33,690 nucleotides of DNA from a virus. Its lineage: Duplodnaviria; Caudoviricetes. Location: the IMG/VR virus record IMGVR_UViG_3300007987_001205, positions 1 through 33,690 of that record; one strand, written 5' to 3'. The first letter of the stretch is position 1; every line of letters starts with the position of its first letter. The notes beneath the pieces were generated by a model. The model saw nothing but the letters and a program-made list of their open reading frames with translations. It had not been told where the DNA came from and searched no databases. Below are positions 8,601 through 16,082 of the stretch, piece after piece. Position numbers and translations under genes: made by a program.

Positions 8601-8995
8601 GTGTGGGGATGCTTCCCCGTCACGCCCACGGCGGTAGGTCTAACATCCCGGGTCAGTGTGAGAGCCCGGTTGTAGGCTCCCGCCTCGTCGAGGTCGACAT
8701 AGAAGGCGGTCAGAGCGTAGAAGCTCGCGTCGGCCGCGCGCCTGTTGCGCGGCGTGCCGTGCTTGCGCAGCGCCGCGCCGATGTAGACGTTCTGCCCGGC
8801 GACGGCGTTTACGCGCGCGGCGGTTTCTGCCAGGTCGTCTAAGCAGTCGGTCTCGAAGAGCCGGGAGTGGCGCAGCTTGCCGTCTTTCGCGTCGGCCCAG
8901 GCCAGCTCCACGAGGCCGTCCTGGTATTCATCGAGCCAGCCGCCGAAGAGGTGCTCCAAGTGGGCGCGCATGGCCTCAGCGTCGGGCTTCATCAT
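5657..8995 (-). CDS. RepB-like (AEP) primase fused to an SF2-like helicase/origin-binding module
   Basis: N-terminal NVYIG..FYVDLD..NPSRVMRLAGS; AVAGIGKT Walker A, IVDES Walker B, four-Cys cluster (MCRK..LCRS..TCEHYDHCPW), QAVDRIR. Confidence 0.75.
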   Translation of the reverse strand: MMKPDAEAMRAHLEHLFGGWLDEYQDGLVELAWADAKDGKLRHSRLFETDCLDDLAETAARVNAVAGQNVYIGAALRKHGTPRNRRAADASFYALTAFYVDLDEAGAYNRALTLTRDVRPTAVGVTGKHPHTRAQLWWRQETPVADPDLCRRQNRALADAMGGDTTVTNPSRVMRLAGSIAWPKKPGRVVERTDFSVRPDGSPYPEGRVARFFSPAEKPAPPSNHPTAPRRRHSIDPSRPSPDAETLLGQVGPGNWHAPMLRAVARFVAAGWSDEDILAKAEPYTLSGWTTEQTRGEVSAMIAGARRKGFARQRLSPWKLVDGVPPAYLSKPLARDEASAQLRSCISQWFDQTQALALARRELARRYKSRFARRTPREIADAWRAEVKEKYGIADLRAAPRLAVQAVAGIGKTEAVVQEIVSRPKLRDLHISIFVPTLDLGERLAQRIVELSFDPRFAPGPEVRVMRGRLAEATEERGPREPKTMCRKPDAADLASRLGLNVFKTLCRSGAGTCEHYDHCPWIKQWNDRGPAVRIWSHQYLHLPMPSGFPAANMVIVDESVVETLAGELAFAPDRLAETPSWAEGESADCLDRVRKALSEDKPLLEAARAQGLDGEILARAAEAAEGREDGDTGVTPDMPEGEAVERLAALEESERKKIALLLRQLANEVALKRPGSHAVELRRNDAVTVNGKTERQNRIFVRWRQKVLAGKYKPLLLIDADADGEINRRLFGEPLEHVAISVSRNAVVTQCHSSSFSRRSLIGFPGAPPKLAAQAAKRIAQIKSLIEKLARSARLFVICAKPVRRAITGERDEKLPLCCEWKGATIAHFGRVRGVDDWKHHEAVLMIGREQPRARDIEGLARAIWDDDPEPLSLPGEYVETLRGYRIKNGNKAGARVHTHPDPRVQRVLELKRERESVQAVDRIRLVYTNTAKEVYILSKLPLDLDVDRLASFRDILVGRAVSRLGQAYMRGAGTLPLVPRILADRWPDLFASTKAAKHEIDRKIHLIRKGPQVKTTLSWSLGLFRFRQKRSRKQGGASPWSTAILAADTPYFRARVRDLMGCEIAWESPATCESFDPSRGESPDWFESLFGNGGAHGNSDQHNDDGDRAR
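5918..5967. repeat. Nested inverted repeat, candidate phage replication origin
   Basis: GAAAAGGCCCA/TGGGCCTTTTC (11 bp) and CAAGAC/GTCTTG share one symmetry centre (5942.5) in a lower-GC patch. Confidence 0.5.
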
Positions 8996-11508
8996 CCCAT
9001 GCGCCTCGCGGCACAGCGCGCGATTGCCGCGCTCAGAAGGTCTCCCGCCTCGCCCGCGGTAAGTCCCGGAGGCGGGTTGATGCGGAACTTGGTCAGCGCG
9101 TTTAGGACCTTGCTCGACGCGGGCCTTCTTCGCCAGGAGGCGTTTTCGGACACCAGCGTTTCCGCCCGTGCCCGGCGGATGTAGTCCTCGCCGATGCCCT
9201 GTGCTAACTCGAGGTCGACCGGCGCGGATTGGAGTTTCTCGTGCGACGCCCAGCGGTCACGAGGCGCGACCTCGACGATCCAGCCGTCCGAGCGCTTCGC
9301 CATGAGAACCATGCCGTGATTGCCGGCCGAGAGCGCGTAGAGATCGGGCGATGCTTCGACCCAGTGGATGCTCTTGCGCGCGCGGCGCTCCTTGTTGGCC
9401 TCTAGGTACGACTGGACCAAGTCGTCCTCTCGCGATTTCCGCTCGTCCTGTTCTTCGAGCGCCTCGGTCACCGTTTCGTCGCCCACCTCATCGGGGTTGA
9501 GGCCGAAAAGAGCCGGAGCTTGCACGAGCTTGTGGTCGCTCGACGCCCCGGCCAAGTCGATGATGAGGCAGTCCTCCTTGCCTGGGAAAATCCGCGTCCC
9601 GCGGCCGATCATCTGGAGGTAGAGCGTCTTGGACCGCGTAGGCCGCGCGATCATGACGGCCGATATGGACGGCTCGTCGAAGCCTTCAGTGAGGACCGCG
9701 CAGTTGCAGACGACCATGGTATCGCCGGTCTTAAGCCGCCGAAGGATGGCCCTGCGCTCGTCGATCGGCGTGTCGCCGGATAGGAACTCGGCTGCGACGC
9801 CGCGAGCCTGGAGGGCATCGGCGGTACGCCGCGCTTGGTCGACGGTGACGGTGAAGATCAGCGCCTTGCGGCCGGGGGCGTGTTCGACATACGCCTCGGC
9901 GGTCGCTTCGGCCGCGCCCGCCCGAAACATGGCCTCGCCGAGTTGGCCCTGGTTGTAGTCAGAACTCACGAGGCCAATGTCGTCGAGGCTGAAGTTTAGT
10001 TCGACCTGCTTGGTGCGCAGATCCACCAGCCAGCCGTCCTTGATGGCCTGAAGGAGCTGAAGTTGGTAGACGATCTCCTGAAACGCGGTATCTAAGCCCA
10101 GCCTGTCGCCGCGTTCGACCGTGGCGGTCAGGCCGAGGGTGGGCGGTCCGCCGTTAAAGCAGCCGAGATGTTCCAGCGTTCGGCGATAGGTGGCCGCGGC
10201 CGCGTGATGGCAGTTGTGGACGAGGATGCCGCTTACGAAGTAGTTGTGGTTGCGCTCGACTTCGAGATTGTAGACGTGACCACCCGGACACAGCCCGCCA
10301 AATTCTTCGTCACCTCTCGGTTCGAGAACCTCAACACTTTCCACCCGAGCGAATCCAAGAGCTCTTCCTTCTTCCGATCTTGCAGTCTGCGCTCGATGGC
10401 GTTGTGGCTGCCGCCGTCCACTTCTATCGCGATCTTGAGCCCCGGGTGCGCGATATCCAGCTTGTAATGGTTGGGATAGCCGCTCCCCCGGCCGGTCCTC
10501 GTCGGAAGAACAAATTCCGTCTCCCATCCTAATGCGTCGGCAAGGGCGGCTTGCGGTTTCGTAAGTCCACGTCCGTTCCCGCCGCGAGGCAACGGCCCGT
10601 GGCCGATCCTTCTGAGCGTCGCAGACATCTTCTCGCGGACGGACCGGCGGCGCATGGGATTGTTCGCCCGCATTCTCCCGGACGCAAAAATCCTGTTCGT
10701 TCTGGACATTGTTCGCGAGGATACCGATCTGACATAGGCAGCTTTGCAGGATTCGGAGCAATAGGCCCTTCCCGATCTGCGCAGGAGATCCCGGCGGCGC
10801 TTGCCGGTCACGGCGGTATTCGCCTCGCACCAAGCGCAGTGAGCGATCTTCATCGGATGCCTCCTGTTTCCACAAAACCAGTCCCGAGCCAGGACGTAGA
10901 CGATAGGCGGGAACCCAACGTCCGTCCGAGAAGAAGGGATGCCCGGGCGTACAGATCACATCCCCGATACCGGCCACCGTGACTCGGAGCAGACCCGACG
11001 GCTTCCGCTTGAAAACCCGCCTGACGGCTCTTCGCTCAAGCAGGCCGGTCGGACTGACTGACCAGACGAGGTCACCCGGCACGAGTTTCTCTATAGGCTT
11101 TCCATCGACAAGCGTTCCGGCGGGGAAGCACTCGTCCACCACGACAAGGTCGAAGCCGGAGAGTCCCTCGAGGCGGCCGGGCCTGGAGACAGTCTGTATC
11201 GAGCCGAACACAACCTGCGCGTCCGTCTCGTCGCGGTCCGCCTTGACCACCCCGGTCTCGGCCGCGGGCCAGACCGCGCGCATCGCGCGCTGCGGCTGCT
11301 CGATGAGTTCGTCGCGGTGAGCGAGCCAGAGCGTTCGCGCGCCGAGCCGCTTGGCGATGGCGAGCCCCGTCACGGTCTTGCCGCATCCCGTGGGCAGGTT
11401 GATGATGCCGCGCCTGAGTCCCGCCTCCCTCTTTCCGTCCCAGGCGACCATCGCGGCCTCTTGGTAGGGTCGAAGGACAATGCCGGTCTCTTTGTGGTTG
11501 TTCTGCAT
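8992..11508 (-). CDS. SF2 DExH helicase (ResIII/Irc3-like), intein-containing
   Basis: LRPYQ, PTGCGKT, DE|CH split by intein, LTAT, TEGFD, QMIGRGTR; ATG 11508 preferred. Confidence 0.93.
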   Translation of the reverse strand: MQNNHKETGIVLRPYQEAAMVAWDGKREAGLRRGIINLPTGCGKTVTGLAIAKRLGARTLWLAHRDELIEQPQRAMRAVWPAAETGVVKADRDETDAQVVFGSIQTVSRPGRLEGLSGFDLVVVDECFPAGTLVDGKPIEKLVPGDLVWSVSPTGLLERRAVRRVFKRKPSGLLRVTVAGIGDVICTPGHPFFSDGRWVPAYRLRPGSGLVLWKQEASDEDRSLRLVRGEYRRDRQAPPGSPAQIGKGLLLRILQSCLCQIGILANNVQNEQDFCVRENAGEQSHAPPVRPREDVCDAQKDRPRAVASRRERTWTYETASRPCRRIRMGDGICSSDEDRPGERLSQPLQAGYRAPGAQDRDRSGRRQPQRHRAQTARSEEGRALGFARVESVEVLEPRGDEEFGGLCPGGHVYNLEVERNHNYFVSGILVHNCHHAAAATYRRTLEHLGCFNGGPPTLGLTATVERGDRLGLDTAFQEIVYQLQLLQAIKDGWLVDLRTKQVELNFSLDDIGLVSSDYNQGQLGEAMFRAGAAEATAEAYVEHAPGRKALIFTVTVDQARRTADALQARGVAAEFLSGDTPIDERRAILRRLKTGDTMVVCNCAVLTEGFDEPSISAVMIARPTRSKTLYLQMIGRGTRIFPGKEDCLIIDLAGASSDHKLVQAPALFGLNPDEVGDETVTEALEEQDERKSREDDLVQSYLEANKERRARKSIHWVEASPDLYALSAGNHGMVLMAKRSDGWIVEVAPRDRWASHEKLQSAPVDLELAQGIGEDYIRRARAETLVSENASWRRRPASSKVLNALTKFRINPPPGLTAGEAGDLLSAAIARCAARRMG
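10213..11130 (-). mobile_element. Intein (306 aa) in helicase motif II
   Basis: Begins CFPAGTLV, block B CTPGHPF, block F VYNLEV, ends LVHN followed by Cys; removal restores VVVDECHH. Confidence 0.95.
10233..10853 (-). CDS. Vsr/DUF559 (EDxHD-type) endonuclease nested out of frame inside the intein
   Basis: AGGAGG (10860-10865) 6 nt before ATG; CAWC..YCSESC, NNPM..VREKMS (NUMOD3-like), LDIA..IAIEVDGGSH..DRKKEELLDSLGWKVLRF. Confidence 0.88.
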   Translation of the reverse strand: MKIAHCAWCEANTAVTGKRRRDLLRRSGRAYCSESCKAAYVRSVSSRTMSRTNRIFASGRMRANNPMRRRSVREKMSATLRRIGHGPLPRGGNGRGLTKPQAALADALGWETEFVLPTRTGRGSGYPNHYKLDIAHPGLKIAIEVDGGSHNAIERRLQDRKKEELLDSLGWKVLRFSNREVTKNLAGCVRVVTSTISKSSATTTTS

Positions 11509-11560
11509 GGGCTTCCCGCCGAAGCCCCGGCCCGGGCAATCCCGGACCGGGGGCCTCTGC

Positions 11561-12141
11561 TCAGAAGGGCACGGGCTCCTCGTCGACCGCGCCGGGGCGC
11601 TCCACCTGCTTGTCCGTGGGCGTCTGCCGCGCGCCCTTGCGCGGCGTGCGCGGGGCCGGCAGTTCATCGGGCTCTGGATGGGACTCGGTGTAGAGTTCCT
11701 CGATGAAGTTCTTCTCGTTGGTGTAGGTCCGCCCGTCTACCACCTTGTCGTAGGTGGTTACGCCCAGAAGGACGCGAAACGATCGGCCCTTAAGGTCCGA
11801 CTCGGCGAGCCGGAACTTTCCATCGAAAGGCAGGCCCACGGCGCGCAGGAAGTGAACCGCCATGCCGTGGCCGGGGTTGGCCTTCTCGCCCGAACCGCGC
11901 GGTATCCAGACCACGTTGTGCCAGACGCGCTTACCGAAGTGATCGCCCTCGTCGGCGATCTCGCAGACCATCTTCGTGATCGGCGTGCCCGGGTTCTTGC
12001 CGCCGCGTGTCCGTTCGCCGTCAGAGTGCTCGGCGATTTGGAGGGTGTAGAAGCCGCGCGGGGCGGGGCTGAAGTCCCCTCCGCCAGCTCCCGGGCTGCT
12101 CTCCGCGCCTCTGCGTCCGCGTCGAAGTCGATTTCTGCCAT
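11561..12141 (-). pseudogene. DUF669-like phage ssDNA-binding protein with an apparent 1-nt frameshift near the 5' end
   Basis: GGAGG plus ATG 12141 (MAEIDFDADAEA) is out of frame with the body (DFSPAPRGFY...DEEPVPF acidic/aromatic tail); follows the Sak4-like gene. Confidence 0.7.
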
Positions 12142-12143
12142 AG

Positions 12144-12971
12144 TTACTTTCCTCCCTTGGTCTGAGCTTTCGGTTTCTTGCCCGCCGCTTTCTCCGGCTC
12201 GGTCGCCGGCGCTTTTGCATCCGCCGCCGCGCAGACCGCGGCCCACTGTCCCGCGCGCGGGAGCATGATGGTCTTGTCCTCGAGTTCGGGGATGCGGCTT
12301 CCCCAGGTACCGAGGGGGCCGCCTTGGAAGCTCACGAAGTACTGGGTGACGCTTCCGACTTGCTTTTTGTAGCAGTGGCCGATGGCGTCGGCTTCGGCGG
12401 CGATGTAGCCGCCGAGTTTGCCGGGGATGCTGATGCCAGCGGGCACGATGACCCGGCCGTCGGCATCGATCTTGGGCTCGCGGCTATGGGCCACGAGGAC
12501 GGCCAGCTTGCCCGAGGCTTTGAGCAGGCTGATGAGCTTCTCGAAGCGCGAGCGGAGCTCCTTCCAGACCTCGAAGCCGTTGACGCCCTCCTTGCGCTCG
12601 CTGACGCTGTCGAGGCCGAACTGCTCGGCCACGTCAACCTCGAGCCAGTCGCTTACGACGTCGAGGCTGTCTATGACGATCGCCTTGACGTTCGCGTCCT
12701 CGACTGCGGCCATGACGGCTTGGCGGAAGACCTCGAGGTCGGGGATCTCCTGAATCCAGCCTTCGACGCGGTCGGCCCCGCCGCGCTCAAGCTCCAGGAG
12801 CACGCCTCCCGGGATGCCGGCCGAGAGCGTGGTCTTGCCCGCCTTGGGCAAGCCCGCCAGAATCCACAGCCCGTCGGTCGGCATGCCCGTCTTGAGCTTG
12901 CCGCGGGGCGGGGCGAACTTGAACTTCGGCGGCGCGTCCTGCGCCGGTGCTGCGGGTGTTTCGGTCGTCAT
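12144..12971 (-). CDS. AAA_24/Sak4-like ATPase (ssDNA annealing recombinase)
   Basis: GLPKAGKTT, IVIDSLD, LVAH; between exonuclease and SSB-like genes; AGGAGG RBS. Confidence 0.8.
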   Translation of the reverse strand: MTTETPAAPAQDAPPKFKFAPPRGKLKTGMPTDGLWILAGLPKAGKTTLSAGIPGGVLLELERGGADRVEGWIQEIPDLEVFRQAVMAAVEDANVKAIVIDSLDVVSDWLEVDVAEQFGLDSVSERKEGVNGFEVWKELRSRFEKLISLLKASGKLAVLVAHSREPKIDADGRVIVPAGISIPGKLGGYIAAEADAIGHCYKKQVGSVTQYFVSFQGGPLGTWGSRIPELEDKTIMLPRAGQWAAVCAAADAKAPATEPEKAAGKKPKAQTKGGK

Positions 12972-12996
12972 ATTTCCTCCTAGAGTTCCTTCCGCC

Positions 12997-13845
12997 CTAA
13001 AACGGGCAGTTCGATTTGCGCTTCTTCTTGGCCGGGACCTTGGCCACGGCCTCGGCCGCGCGGGTGGCGGCTGTCGAGAACGTCGGCTTGCTGATGATGG
13101 GGACGCCGTTTAGGCGCGTCATCTCCGCGGCGGTGAGAAAGCCCCGGACGGCCGCGGTCATGTCGGAGACCGGCCGCCCTTCGGAGTCATACGGCGGCTT
13201 CTTGCCGAAGCGCACGATCTCGGCCCACGCGACCTCGACGCCGTACTGCTCGGCCAGGGCGCAGGCGTAGCCGCCGACCTGGTAGGCATACTCGTTGCCG
13301 TAGAAGCCCGAGGACGTCTTGTAGTCGACGATGCCGAAGCCCCCGCGCGTGGGCGAGTAGCCCACGGCGTCGAGGCGACCGCCGAAGCGATGCTCAAGCG
13401 AGGCCACGGGAAGCTCGAGGCCGACGAGTTCGATGTCGCTTTGCATGCGCCAGCGCTTGAAATCGCGGGCAGGCTCGGCGAGTTCTTCGGGGACGGCCTC
13501 GGGCTCCTTGCCCTGGATGATCGCCTCAAAGATGTCGTGGCACTTGGTGCCGAGGTCGGCGGCGTCTTTGGCCTTCCTGCGGTGTGCGCCGGCCGCGTCC
13601 TTGGCGATCTGGCCGAGAGTCTCAGGGGTGAGGGCGCGCGAGCCGAGGCGCAGGAGTTCCGTCTTGAAGTAGGAAGCCGACTCGCGCGCCGCCCAGCCGA
13701 TGAGCGCCTCTTTATTGAGGACGCTCAGGACCTTGGTCACCGAGACGAGCGGTCCCACGACGTCGCCGTTCGGCAGGGCGATGCTGTATCGGTGCTTGAC
13801 GTCGGTCACCGTGTATTTCGGTTGAGGCAGTTTCATGTGGGTCAC
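12997..13845 (-). CDS. PD-(D/E)xK recombination exonuclease
   Basis: SVTKVL, GTKCH, GGRLDAV, IVDYKTS, QVGGY motifs. Confidence 0.85.
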   Translation of the reverse strand: MTHMKLPQPKYTVTDVKHRYSIALPNGDVVGPLVSVTKVLSVLNKEALIGWAARESASYFKTELLRLGSRALTPETLGQIAKDAAGAHRRKAKDAADLGTKCHDIFEAIIQGKEPEAVPEELAEPARDFKRWRMQSDIELVGLELPVASLEHRFGGRLDAVGYSPTRGGFGIVDYKTSSGFYGNEYAYQVGGYACALAEQYGVEVAWAEIVRFGKKPPYDSEGRPVSDMTAAVRGFLTAAEMTRLNGVPIISKPTFSTAATRAAEAVAKVPAKKKRKSNCPF

Positions 13846-14109
13846 CTAGTCGTCCCGCTTCACGCGAAGCTTCCTCAGGAGAGCCTCGACGGCGGGGTGG
13901 GTCTTGGAGGCTTCGCGGTCCTCGAAGCTCTCGGGGCCATCGCTTTCCTGGAGCCGGGCGAGCGCCGTGCTGTGGCTCAGGTCGAGGTGCTTCATCGCCT
14001 TCCACACCACGGCGTCCTCGACGTCGTGCAGGGCGAAGATGCCACCCAGGACCTGGGCGATGTCGCCGATCGTCGCGTCGAGAACCTGTCTTGCTTTAAG
14101 CGCGTTCAT
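13846..14109 (-). CDS. Hypothetical protein (87 aa)
   Basis: AGGAGG RBS before ATG 14109; abuts the exonuclease start. Confidence 0.7.
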   Translation of the reverse strand: MNALKARQVLDATIGDIAQVLGGIFALHDVEDAVVWKAMKHLDLSHSTALARLQESDGPESFEDREASKTHPAVEALLRKLRVKRDD

Positions 14110-14124
14110 CCCGGCCTCCTGATC

Positions 14125-14155
14125 TAAACGGGCGATTTCCTCCACCGCGTTACAA
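14125..14155 (-). promoter_or_regulatory. ECF-like promoter copy 1 (TTGTAACGC-N7-GAAA-N3-CCCGTTTA) ahead of the replication operon
   Basis: Same three blocks and spacing as 18667-18697. Confidence 0.65.
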
Positions 14156-15010
14156 CCGTCCCGAGGATTCGAGGAAGGGCCGGACCTTGGCCTTAGCGCG
14201 GTGGTAGCGCACCCGCATGGCACCGGCGGTCGCGCCCGCACTCTCGCCGATCTCGGCGAACTGTTTTCCTTTAAGGCCGTGCTCGATCAGGAGTTCGGCC
14301 TCCGCGGCGGTCAGGAGTCCACGCTTCGACAGCTCCCGCAGCTTGCGGGCCAGCAGCTCCGCCTCGGGAGCGCTCAGTTCGTTGCGGCGGGAGGACTCGA
14401 ATGCGCGCTTGGCGCAGCGGCGCAAGTCGCGCGGGGGGATCGCGTCGGTTATTCGTCGAATCTCGAACCCTCGGTGGTGCGGCTTCTGGGGCATGATCCG
14501 ATCGAGGTCGGACTCGATGAATCCGACCGCGCGGTCAAGCTCTGAGCGCCGCGCTTCGCAGCGCACGACCTTGCGCACGCGCCCTTCGGTGTTCCAGCGG
14601 AGGTTCGCCGCGATCTTGTCACGCTTGGCGAGCCGGAAGGAGGCGATCTCTTCGAGGAAGGACCAGTAGATTTCGGCGAACAGGTCGGGGAGGTGGTTTT
14701 CGAGGCGGGCGAGCTTGTAGAAGAGGTGGTCCAGGCCGGGCCACATGCCCAAGAGCAGCAGGTTCGTCGCGCAGAAGCGTCCCGGCTCGAGGCCCTGCGC
14801 CGCCGCGATCAGCGCGTGAAGCGCGGCGTCCTTCTTCTCGTAGAGCCGCGCCTCGTCCGAGCGCAGCATGCCCAGCAGGACTTCGATGTTGGGGTAGGGG
14901 TTCAGGGCCGGGGTGCGGCTCCCGAGCTTGAGGTACTTCTCGGCGAACTTCTCGGTGTTGCAGGTGCGGCAAAGGTCCTGGCGGACCTTGTTCTTCCATT
15001 CCAGGTGCAC
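14150..15010 (-). CDS. Sigma-70/ECF-like RNA polymerase sigma factor
   Basis: C-terminal region 4 pattern LTAAEAELL..GKQFAEIGES..GAMRVRYHRAKAKVR; weak region-2-like DLFAEIYWSFL; GTG start. Confidence 0.7.
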   Translation of the reverse strand: MHLEWKNKVRQDLCRTCNTEKFAEKYLKLGSRTPALNPYPNIEVLLGMLRSDEARLYEKKDAALHALIAAAQGLEPGRFCATNLLLLGMWPGLDHLFYKLARLENHLPDLFAEIYWSFLEEIASFRLAKRDKIAANLRWNTEGRVRKVVRCEARRSELDRAVGFIESDLDRIMPQKPHHRGFEIRRITDAIPPRDLRRCAKRAFESSRRNELSAPEAELLARKLRELSKRGLLTAAEAELLIEHGLKGKQFAEIGESAGATAGAMRVRYHRAKAKVRPFLESSGRL

Positions 15011-15011
15011 G

Positions 15012-15072
15012 GACGCCCTCGCGGCCGGGCGTCAAGCACCTCGTTTGGCCTATTTATTGGGCGTCTAGCACC
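15012..15072 (-). promoter_or_regulatory. RBS-occluding hairpin plus direct repeats (candidate Com-binding leader)
   Basis: mRNA stem GACGCCC/GGGCGTC covers most of the GAGGG next to the GTG; GGTGCT(A/T)GACGCCC occurs at 15059-15072 and 15027-15040. Confidence 0.6.
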
Positions 15073-15104
15073 ACTGGATTGGGGCCGGCATATGCGCCGG
15101 TCAC

Positions 15105-15317
15105 TTATTGCTGCTGACTTCTTCCTTTATTCGTTTGCTGTGTATTGATCTCCTTGCATCTTGAGCAAAATCCGGATACGGTGCCGTCAATGATGTAGCG
15201 ATCTCGCTGCGAAGTCTGGATGTGGATGCGGTCGCCTTGTCGCGTACCTAAGAGTCGGCGACATGCGCGGCAACGCCATTCTTCCGAAGGCTGTGACTGT
15301 CTGTTTAGATTCCTCAC
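15105..15317 (-). CDS. Mu Com-like zinc-ribbon regulator
   Basis: EWRCRACRRLLG...CSRCKEIN; GAGG plus GTG 15317. Confidence 0.72.
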   Translation of the reverse strand: MRNLNRQSQPSEEWRCRACRRLLGTRQGDRIHIQTSQRDRYIIDGTVSGFCSRCKEINTQQTNKGRSQQQ

Positions 15318-15324
15318 TGCATCC

Positions 15325-15567
15325 TCATTGCCCTCGGATCGTGAACAAGTCGTCGAATCCAAACTCGGGGAGCTCCCTCAACTTCTGGACATCGTTGAGC
15401 TTCTTGATGATCCGTTCCCGCAGTTCCGGCGAGGGGTTCCGTTCCCCGCAGAGAAGCTGGGACATGTACCCGCTCGTCACCCCGATGCGCCGAGCGAAGG
15501 AGTTCTGCGACAGGTTACGCTTCGCGAGGTGCCGCTTCAGCGTCGAGGCCTTGAGTTTGACGATCAC
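15325..15567 (-). CDS. Cro-like XRE HTH regulator
   Basis: LSQNSFARRIGVTSGYMSQLLCGERNPS; divergent from the repressor; GGAGG plus GTG 15567. Confidence 0.85.
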   Translation of the reverse strand: MIVKLKASTLKRHLAKRNLSQNSFARRIGVTSGYMSQLLCGERNPSPELRERIIKKLNDVQKLRELPEFGFDDLFTIRGQ

Positions 15568-15602
15568 GGTTGGAATCCTCCATTTTCTTTTCCTACAAGG
15601 CA

Positions 15603-15681
15603 ACTATAGCAGAAGATAATAATTGCTGTCTAGCGTTTGCTAATGAAAGTGCTTGCTAAAGATAGCAGGAGATGCTATACT
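15603..15681. promoter_or_regulatory. Divergent promoters and operator of the lysis/lysogeny switch
   Basis: Rightward TTGCTA-17-TATACT (with TG extension); leftward TAGACA-18-TATAGT (with TG extension); palindrome TGCTA-N4-TAGCA at 15654-15667 plus further half sites. Confidence 0.7.
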
Positions 15682-15729
15682 AGGGACGTCAACAAGCGGT
15701 TTTACGACGAGAAAAGAGGGCACAACGAC

Positions 15730-16074
15730 ATGGGCGAAGGACTCGCAGAGTTCCTGAAAAAGAAGAGAACGGAGCTGGGGTACTCCCTCAAGGACGCCGC
15801 CAAATCGACCGGCATCCAGGAGGCGTACATCTGGCAGCTTGAGAACGGCAAGCGCAAGCAGCCCCGCCCCGATACGTTGAAGCAGCTCGCAAAGGGCTAC
15901 GGTGTCCCTCTTGAGACGCTGTTCAACTGCGCCGGGTATACCGAAGCGCCGGCCGACCCGAAGAAGGAAGCAGAGGCCGAGACCAAGCTGATGTTCCGGG
16001 ATTACGAAAAGCTCCCGGAGGACAAAAAAAAGTTGTTCCAAATCCTCCTGAAGGGGCTTAAATCCGACAAGTAG
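15730..16074 (+). CDS. XRE-family prophage repressor (ImmR/CI-like)
   Basis: YSLKDAAKSTGIQEAYIWQLENGKRKQP HTH; directly upstream of the HExxH peptidase. Confidence 0.88.
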   Translation: MGEGLAEFLKKKRTELGYSLKDAAKSTGIQEAYIWQLENGKRKQPRPDTLKQLAKGYGVPLETLFNCAGYTEAPADPKKEAEAETKLMFRDYEKLPEDKKKLFQILLKGLKSDK

Positions 16075-16082
16075 ACCCCCGC

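Noticed and set aside
10213-11130. Split intein interpretation
   Set aside because: No stop codon in the intein frame and no convincing RBS or start for a separate C-intein.
11509-11667. N-terminal extension of the helicase ORF
   Set aside because: Overlaps the SSB-like gene 3' end and a GC hairpin; recognisable helicase sequence begins after ATG 11508.
11758-12246. 162-aa ORF as an independent gene
   Set aside because: Only the MAEIDFDADAEA segment looks real; it is better explained as the frameshifted 5' end of the SSB-like gene.
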